The translations under genes were made by a program, and so were the position numbers. From IMG/VR virus record IMGVR_UViG_3300025530_000352, positions 1 to 32,299 of that record: a stretch of DNA of 32,299 nucleotides. The stretch is one strand, 5' to 3'. Origin of the DNA: a virus. Lineage: Duplodnaviria > Caudoviricetes. Below are positions 26,857 through 32,299 of the stretch, one piece after another. Each line of letters opens with the position of its first letter. The first letter of the stretch is position 1. The notes under the pieces are model-generated. The model saw nothing but the letters and a program-made list of their open reading frames with translations, was not told where the DNA came from and did no database searches.

Positions 26857-27008
26857 TGACGCGCCCACGTAGCTACCGAAGAGTACTCTGCGAGAAGTGT
26901 CGCAAGAAGTACTCGTACTATCACTTTCCGAAGCACTCATGCAAGCCCCGGACGGAGAGAAAGAGGCCAGCTGATCTCAATAGATCTGGAGGTAAGAAAA
27001 ATGGATAG
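26856..27008 (+). CDS. 50-aa basic protein with C2HC zinc-finger-like motif (not in ORF track)
   Basis: TGATG coupling; CEKCRKKYSYYHFPKHSC. Confidence 0.55.
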   Translation: MTRPRSYRRVLCEKCRKKYSYYHFPKHSCKPRTERKRPADLNRSGGKKNG

Positions 27009-27321
27009 GCAATCAACCCTCTACTACCAGAAAGTAATTCTCCCGCGTTGCATCAAGATCGGACAGTACATAGTTTCCCAGCGGGCAACTCTCAGAGCAA
27101 CAGCTCTCGCATTCGGAGTATCGAAGTCAACTGTGCATCAAGCAATCGGTGTACTCAAGCATATTGAACCGTCCCTACATCAACAAGCACTTGCGGTGAT
27201 TCAGTACAACAAGTCGGTAAGACATCTTCGCGGTGGGGAAGGCACGCGGAAGAGGTATGAGCAGATTCGTCAAGCGCGGCAATTGGAGCAAATACTAAAA
27301 TCTCCGCGAATATACGGGTAA
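27001..27321 (+). CDS. spoIIID: SpoIIID-like sporulation transcription regulator
   Basis: RCIKIGQYIV...TLRATALAFGVSKSTVH...YNKSVRHLRGGEGTRKRY. Confidence 0.92.
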   Translation: MDRQSTLYYQKVILPRCIKIGQYIVSQRATLRATALAFGVSKSTVHQAIGVLKHIEPSLHQQALAVIQYNKSVRHLRGGEGTRKRYEQIRQARQLEQILKSPRIYG

Positions 27322-27333
27322 ATTCCCCGTAAT

Positions 27334-27369
27334 AAAAATCAGGGAGTCCCTTTAGGACTCCCTTTGTTC
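27334..27369. terminator. bidirectional terminator between convergent spoIIID and SASP genes
   Basis: AAAAATC-AGGGAGTCC-CTTTA-GGACTCCCT-TTGTT. Confidence 0.75.
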
Positions 27370-27377
27370 GGGCCCAA

Positions 27378-27719
27378 TTATTGTAATTGGTTCTCTTGTC
27401 CGTTAAACGGCATCGGAGGGCTAGATTCTGCAAAGTGAGGTGCTGTGCCTTCGCCTTCTTCCTGTAGCAGTACATTGTGTCCTTGAGCTGCCATCTTCTC
27501 TGCAAACTGCAACATTCGCTTCACCATCTCTCCACCAACTGCTCCGCAGTAGTAGGAAGGAACCATTCTCCAATCGTACTTGCCCTTGTTGTTCTTGGGA
27601 ACCTTCACTCCGATGGAGTTAGCTACTTGATACTTGATCGCATCCAGAGCATCTCTCGCTTCGGGAATCTCAATCTGGTTCTGAGTACCCGTCGTAGTGC
27701 TGTTGATTTTGTCGTCCAT
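27378..27719 (-). CDS. alpha/beta-type small acid-soluble spore protein with C-terminal extension
   Basis: PEARDALDAIKYQVANSIGV...SYYCGAVGGEMVKRMLQFAE; AGGAGG SD before ATG 27719. Confidence 0.9.
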   Translation of the reverse strand: MDDKINSTTTGTQNQIEIPEARDALDAIKYQVANSIGVKVPKNNKGKYDWRMVPSYYCGAVGGEMVKRMLQFAEKMAAQGHNVLLQEEGEGTAPHFAESSPPMPFNGQENQLQ

Positions 27720-27808
27720 AAAATCTCCTCCTGAGATCATAGTGGCTACCTTTGGATGATCTTTCGATCATCACTAGTATTATTATATATGATCCCAGGA
27801 GGAAATAT

Positions 27809-28123
27809 TTACGCATCTTCAGATTTCTTTTGTGCGCTGGAAGATTCTATGGAACCCTCCACATCTTTTGTTCTTGAGTTCGCGTTCAACATTCCTAGCT
27901 GTGCAAACGTCGGCATGATAGGATGAACAACGTCAAGGAGTGCGAAAAGTATGTCCGACTTGGAAGTCTTGAGAGTAAACTGCATCTGCCCACCAAGACG
28001 AACATATTCCTCAATGAGGTCCTTCTTTGTACGCGAGACATTCTCCCTGTAGTAGCGATCCCTCTGACGCAGTATCTCCTGAATCTTTCGATTCAGCTCC
28101 ATCCTCTTCTTTGAAACTCCCAT
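27809..28123 (-). CDS. hypothetical basic protein
   Basis: AGGAGG SD before ATG 28123; own promoter. Confidence 0.7.
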   Translation of the reverse strand: MGVSKKRMELNRKIQEILRQRDRYYRENVSRTKKDLIEEYVRLGGQMQFTLKTSKSDILFALLDVVHPIMPTFAQLGMLNANSRTKDVEGSIESSSAQKKSEDA

Positions 28124-28162
28124 GATACAACCTCCTGCCAATTGCTTGTTGCGGATGATTTT

Positions 28163-28191
28163 ATTATATGATGCACCTAGAGGGATTTCAA
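28163..28191 (-). promoter_or_regulatory. sigmaA-type promoter (copy 10)
   Basis: Minus strand TTGAAA-N17-TATAAT. Confidence 0.8.
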
Positions 28192-28379
28192 TTGATGGAT
28201 TTGTATGCAGCATACCTCAATCGCAATGCCCTTACTGCTACAGCGAGTCTCTCCTCCGCAGCGATCAGTGCATATGTCGCTGCATCAACGTACTCTGGAT
28301 TTGCGTTTTCGAAGTTGTGAACTGCTTGATTGTAGGCTGCCAGTGCTTGTCGATACTCCTGCATTACTCTATCTTCCAC
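28188..28379 (-). CDS. DUF2508/YaaL-family protein
   Basis: A.HNFENANPEYVDAATYALIAAEERL; GAGGTG SD before GTG 28379. Confidence 0.75.
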   Translation of the reverse strand: MEDRVMQEYRQALAAYNQAVHNFENANPEYVDAATYALIAAEERLAVAVRALRLRYAAYKSIN

Positions 28380-28389
28380 AGAGCCCACC

Positions 28390-28503
28390 TCACTTTCCTT
28401 TTTGAAGATAAATGTGTGCGAGGATTGCTCGAACGTCAACCTTGATCTTCGGTGGTGTCTCTTGCTGTGTCGAATGCTGCGTCTTCTTCGACAAGGATTT
28501 CAC
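28390..28503 (-). CDS. 37-aa hypothetical protein (not in ORF track)
   Basis: GGAGGGGG SD, GTGA overlap with upstream stop, fills the gap exactly. Confidence 0.45.
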   Translation of the reverse strand: MKSLSKKTQHSTQQETPPKIKVDVRAILAHIYLQKGK

Positions 28504-28742
28504 CCCCCTCCCACTGCAAGAATTACACTTCCGATGGCGTTAGCTAGCTGTACCGGAATCGAGATTCCTTGTCGGGAAGGCATCCATTCCGGAGACTGCT
28601 TCGTACGATACCACTCACGAATGGTAACGTACTCCTTTCCACGCAACTGCGCTCTCCGAATCTCGTATCGAGAGTTCTCGGACTTCTCGATGATCGTTGC
28701 ATCAGATTCCCAACCCCAAAAGCCGTGTCCCTGAATGTTCAT
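28500..28742 (-). CDS. PC4/YdbC-like ssDNA-binding protein
   Basis: GKEYVTIREWY....EWMPSRQGISIP. Confidence 0.8.
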   Translation of the reverse strand: MNIQGHGFWGWESDATIIEKSENSRYEIRRAQLRGKEYVTIREWYRTKQSPEWMPSRQGISIPVQLANAIGSVILAVGGG

Positions 28743-28932
28743 ACGTGAATCTCCTCGCATTCGTTTTTGCAAAGCATGTTGGACACGTGAACTTGTCCGT
28801 TGCTGCACTGTATGTTGGATCGTGCGTCCTGACGAATTCTTCTGCCGTCATGTGCAGAAGGTATGCCTGAATGTCGATTGACGATATGTGTTGCGGAGCT
28901 CTACTACAGCCTCTGCACTCCACCTGTTTCAC
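28702..28932 (-). CDS. hypothetical Zn-binding protein
   Basis: CRGC...DPTY...FTCPTC; GGAGG SD; exact start uncertain. Confidence 0.65.
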   Translation of the reverse strand: MKQVECRGCSRAPQHISSIDIQAYLLHMTAEEFVRTHDPTYSAATDKFTCPTCFAKTNARRFTYEHSGTRLLGLGI

Positions 28933-28935
28933 CTC

Positions 28936-29115
28936 CTAGAGCGGCTTGATTATGGTGTGGTTGTTTTGCTTCGTGAGGCACAATTTGCATCGAACTTTTC
29001 CATTCGGCAGTTTTTCCCAATGATGTCCATGAGTTCGACAGAGTTTCCGTAACCTGCGAGTTCCTAGCGCATACCCCAGCGCTGCAATGACGAGTGTGTA
29101 CAGCAAGAAGCCCAT
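28936..29115 (-). CDS. 59-aa protein, N-terminal TM helix plus C..GH.W...C..C motif (DUF1660-like; not in ORF track)
   Basis: MGFLLYTLVIAALGYALG...CRTHGHHW...CKLC; GAGGTGA SD. Confidence 0.65.
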   Translation of the reverse strand: MGFLLYTLVIAALGYALGTRRLRKLCRTHGHHWEKLPNGKVRCKLCLTKQNNHTIIKPL

Positions 29116-29252
29116 TTCCGATCACCTCTTTTCGCTGGAACTAGGTTGCCTCTGCAGGGAGGACACCTGCCATCTGGAGCATCTCTTCCCCGAGTGAATT
29201 TGCATCCTGGAAGTGAGAGCCGCGGAAATCCGCCGCAAACGAGTCCTCCCAA
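29064..29252 (-). CDS. possible small Cys-rich protein
   Basis: GGGAGG SD before TTG; C...C...CPPCRGNL; alternative frames exist. Confidence 0.35.
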   Translation of the reverse strand: MGGLVCGGFPRLSLPGCKFTRGRDAPDGRCPPCRGNLVPAKRGDRKWASCCTHSSLQRWGMR

Positions 29253-29347
29253 TACATCCACCTCCCTCAGGTTCTCTGTTCAACACTCAATGGTTTTGAG
29301 TGCTGAATCGAGAACCCGAATGCAAGTAGCATCCGAGTTCTGCAAGG

Positions 29348-29756
29348 TTACTCGTCTTCCTCTTCTTCTATCGGAAGGACCTGCACACTGCCGCAGCGAA
29401 GACACTCCCTGTAGAAGCAATAGTCGAGCGCTGCTCCAACTACAAACGCGGTGTTGTTTCAACTTCTCGTGTCACACTTTCTGCTTGCCAGAGCTCTCTG
29501 TAGGCGGTAGAACCACAGTTGGCACATCTGTGAGGCATTGGGGTGCTCATCACCGGTAGCGATTGCTTTGTCACGGCGGTTGCAAGCACATCAATCAGTT
29601 TGGGCAACCCCACCTCGGCAGGCTCTCCTTTTAGATAGGTTTTCACCTCGGTGAGTTCGAGACCGTCACTATCTTTATTCCGGTAGTGGGTTCTCGAAGA
29701 ACCCACTTACCCTCTCTGTACCGGAACCCCAGCTTTTCAAGATCCCACAACATCAT
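29348..29756 (-). pseudogene. probable frameshifted Zn-ribbon gene
   Basis: CANCGST and CLRCGS halves lie in adjacent frames; strong SD at 29756 opens only a 37-aa ORF. Confidence 0.45.
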
Positions 29757-29769
29757 CTTTCTTCGCCTC

Positions 29770-30261
29770 CTACGGGAGATATGGTCCGAACACCTTCAAG
29801 CGTACTTCGCCTTGCGAGTTATCAAGTTCCAAGGCCTTGAAGAGAAATCTCTCTCCCCGGGACATCTTCATCACTTCGTCAACTCGTTTTGCATTCGGAA
29901 CAACCCAGGAGTCTATCTTCTCGCTCACAGCGTTGTAGATTTCCTGAGAGTTCTCTGTGAACGGAGTAAAGTGCTCCACTATCACGTTAACCTTCCCGCC
30001 TAGTACCCTTCCGGCAACCTGTTGCAGCTCCTGCATTAACTCCAGTACCCTAATGCTGTCGTCGGTGTCCGGATGATCCAACATTCCCACTTCATAGCAT
30101 CCGCATGCGTTGCACCTCTGCTCAGCGGTCTTTACATTAAACTCCGACAGATCGTAGGAGGGATCCAGCGATCCCTCATGGTTCACCCTTACCACTCCAG
30201 TACCCGCAAGGTACTCTGTTACGCTTGTGCTTCCGCATTTAATGCAAGTGAGCTTCTTCAT
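29770..30261 (-). CDS. hypothetical protein with N-terminal Zn ribbon
   Basis: TAAGGAGG SD; CIKCGS...CNACG. Confidence 0.75.
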   Translation of the reverse strand: MKKLTCIKCGSTSVTEYLAGTGVVRVNHEGSLDPSYDLSEFNVKTAEQRCNACGCYEVGMLDHPDTDDSIRVLELMQELQQVAGRVLGGKVNVIVEHFTPFTENSQEIYNAVSEKIDSWVVPNAKRVDEVMKMSRGERFLFKALELDNSQGEVRLKVFGPYLP

Positions 30262-30322
30262 TTGTTCTTCCTCCTTAGAATTTTAATTGGTAGGCGCATT
30301 TCCGAAAGCGCAGCCAACAGCC

Positions 30323-30583
30323 TTATCTTAGCTTAGTTACATCATAGGCTTCTACAGGCTTGTAGTAGCTAGGCAATGGCAACAGCATCAACTCGCTGTG
30401 GCCAACGCCTCTCGCATAGGTAACTGCCTTGATCATGTCCTGCAGAACAGTCGCTGCATCGCTGCAGTCTGTCAGCGGATTAATTTCACCGCCGCTGCTC
30501 TTGACCTGCTCAAGCGCATACAGCAACACATCCTCCAAGTAGTCACTTCTCAACGTTACTTTAACTGTTTGCATACTGCTCAC
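30323..30583 (-). CDS. hypothetical protein
   Basis: GAGGAG SD; start may be ATG 30574. Confidence 0.65.
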   Translation of the reverse strand: MSSMQTVKVTLRSDYLEDVLLYALEQVKSSGGEINPLTDCSDAATVLQDMIKAVTYARGVGHSELMLLPLPSYYKPVEAYDVTKLR

Positions 30584-30737
30584 TCCTCATCTCTTCCGTA
30601 AGGCGTTTTATACCTTGCCGTGTAGGTAGTGTTACTACTTCTGTGACGTAGCATACACCCTTAAGGTATGTGCTTCCGCATTCCAGGCGCATAAGCTGTT
30701 GTGACATGCGATGCGGTGCGGTGTTCCTCTTGTTGTA

Positions 30738-31112
30738 TTATTTGCCGGTCTCCGCTTTAGAGAGCTCCTCTTTGAGGGAGTTTCGCTCTTCCAGGATCCC
30801 AAGGTAGTAAGCAACTGCAACCTCTCTAGCTTCCAGTGCCTCGTGATACTCCACAGAGTCACTCCCATATTGCTTGAGAGCCTCCTCAGTATCCACGATT
30901 TCCTTTTTCAGGATGGCACCTAGCAGAGCGGTCTTTACCTCAAATAGCTTTAAGAGGCGACGCTTGAGCGAAATGCGTTGGTTTTTAGTGAGTTGTGGAC
31001 ACATGTCCAAGAACTCCTGCACCTCGCTGATCTTCCTCTGGTTCTTTATTAGCATGTCCGCAAATGCCGCAGAGCCTGGCTCGTAAGGTACGGTTACTTT
31101 CACATTTGTCAC
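30738..31112 (-). CDS. hypothetical helical protein
   Basis: GGGGAGG SD; start may be GTG 31103. Confidence 0.7.
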   Translation of the reverse strand: MTNVKVTVPYEPGSAAFADMLIKNQRKISEVQEFLDMCPQLTKNQRISLKRRLLKLFEVKTALLGAILKKEIVDTEEALKQYGSDSVEYHEALEAREVAVAYYLGILEERNSLKEELSKAETGK

Positions 31113-31133
31113 CTCCCCTCGGATTGGATTGAC

Positions 31134-31171
31134 AGGAAGAGAAGAGAGCGGTTAAGCCCTCTTCTTTTCCT
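31134..31171 (-). other. 16-bp hairpin over a stop codon
   Basis: AGGAAAAGAAGAGGGC-TTAACC-GCTCTCTTCTCTTCCT on the minus strand. Confidence 0.5.
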
Positions 31172-31526
31172 GTGCAACTTGAGCTTGCGTAGCACGTGCA
31201 GCCAGCTGAGCATTGTGAAGCTCGAGTACCATCCGCATGACGCAGTCGTTCGCTTCGTATGTGCGGTACACACGTTCGTTCGACTGTTTCGTTTTCACGT
31301 GAGTGACGACTACCTTATAGGTTTTCGCCTCGGAATTCCCTGTAGCAGTCACTGCATAAACGTCAGCGTCGATTGTGAGTGTGTACTCTGTAGCGTCCCA
31401 TTTCTTGTTAGCGATAGTTCCCTTCACATGAACCTCCAGCGGGAGATGCTCCCACTTCTTCCTTTGTCCCGGTGTGAGACCTAGGAGATAGCCTCCGTCG
31501 TGCTTGCGCATTTTCATGTCTGCCAT
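31152..31526 (-). CDS. hypothetical protein, first gene of leftward operon
   Basis: AAAGGAGG SD before ATG 31526. Confidence 0.75.
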   Translation of the reverse strand: MADMKMRKHDGGYLLGLTPGQRKKWEHLPLEVHVKGTIANKKWDATEYTLTIDADVYAVTATGNSEAKTYKVVVTHVKTKQSNERVYRTYEANDCVMRMVLELHNAQLAARATQAQVAQEKKRA

Positions 31527-31552
31527 TGCTTTTGCCTCCTTTGTTTTAATTG

Positions 31553-31810
31553 GATTCACTGGGATAAGTAGGTAGAAATCCTGAAAACTCCTGAGAACAA
31601 GGTGTGAGTTTAGAAAAGCAGTCCTTTCCCAGTGTGACAGTCGGATACCTCCTCGAGGTTCGGCTCGCTTTTTCCCTTTGTTTTAAGGGTTTGCAAGTGA
31701 CCTCACAGAGTTCCCACTGTTAACACAGAACGCACTGCCTCAAACTTCCCTTGTCAAAGAGCCTCAGACTCCTCAGACACTCCAGTGAATCAGTTGTTGT
31801 GCCTGATGAT
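31553..31810 (-). ncRNA. candidate structured RNA / long rod-shaped 5' leader
   Basis: Nested complementary segments from GATTCACTGG/CCAGTGAATC inward to CCCTT/AAGGG; starts just after promoter copy 11. Confidence 0.6.
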
Positions 31811-31813
31811 TAT

Positions 31814-31842
31814 ATTATATGATACCCATAGAGGGTAATCAA
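31814..31842 (-). promoter_or_regulatory. sigmaA-type promoter (copy 11)
   Basis: Minus strand TTGATT-N17-TATAAT. Confidence 0.8.
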
Positions 31843-31869
31843 TGGTGGGCCAACTAAACTTTTCTATCG

Positions 31870-32299
31870 TCCAAATTTGGGCCATAAACCCTTTCTATCT
31901 GCACTTCTTTGGGAAATCCCGCACGCACACTGGCATTTTTGGGCCTCGGCCGCTACAGGGTCACTCCGCCTCGCGTTTTGCTCCCATTTTTGGTTCAGGC
32001 AAATTTGGGCACCCCCCATTTTTGGGCCTAGCAAATTTGGGCGACCCTCGCGCATCTCCCCAGGGACTCGTTTTAGACCCCAAATTGTGGCTGGCAAATT
32101 CGGGACTCACTCCGCTCGCCGTTTTAGACCCCAAATTCGGGGGCCGGGTGGGAAACAACCTCTCCCAAAAGTGGGGCAAATTCGCGAAAAGAAAAAGAGA
32201 GCGTAGAAATATCGGACTCCACATCTTCGTGTAACTCTCAACCTCGTTTTAGACCTCAAAAATGGATGCAGGGGTCCGAAAAATGGGAGCCCCTCTCCC
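31870..32299. repeat. non-coding repeat-rich region, possible genome end / packaging region
   Basis: CAAATTTGGGC x3, CATTTTTGG x3, CGTTTTAGACCYCAAA x3 and other A/T tracts flanked by C and G runs. Confidence 0.7.

Noticed and set aside
31842-32234. ORFs in the terminal region
   Set aside because: Low-complexity translations of DNA repeats in several frames, without convincing SD sites
32069-32262. CRISPR mini-array (GTTTTAGAC repeats resemble CRISPR repeat starts)
   Set aside because: Only ~18 bp, three copies, irregular spacing (51 and 125 bp), and the intervening DNA is itself made of the same sub-motifs
1-32299. tRNA genes, integrase, transposase
   Set aside because: None recognised by eye in this window; tRNAscan-SE was not run

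Overview
Right-hand part of a dsDNA tailed-phage genome, probably infecting a spore-forming Bacillota host (strong GGAGG Shine-Dalgarno sites, sigmaA-type promoters, sporulation gene homologues; roughly balanced GC by eye). Order: end of a tail-type gene; FtsK and ATP-dependent DNA ligase; small ORFs and an origin-like AT-rich palindrome (~4385-4640); a recombination/replication block (RuvC-like resolvase, SNF2 helicase, PD-(D/E)XK nuclease, AAA ATPase, DUF669, TOPRIM primase-MCM helicase fusion); a 7-deazaguanine DNA-modification cluster (queD, queE, folE, orphan, MazG/Nmad1-like, divergent TGT/DpdA-like, gat-queC) next to a UDG-like/PolA fusion; a pyrimidine-dimer glycosylase-like gene and RNase H; a sporulation-mimic module (AbrB, sigmaE/K-like sigma, SpoIIID, alpha/beta SASP, DUF2508); a leftward operon of small genes headed by a ~240-nt rod-like structured leader; and a repeat-rich non-coding end. 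Eleven near-identical promoters (TTGATT-N17-TATAAT, mostly with CATATAAT) punctuate the window. All calls are by-eye motif recognition; no searches or folding programs were run.
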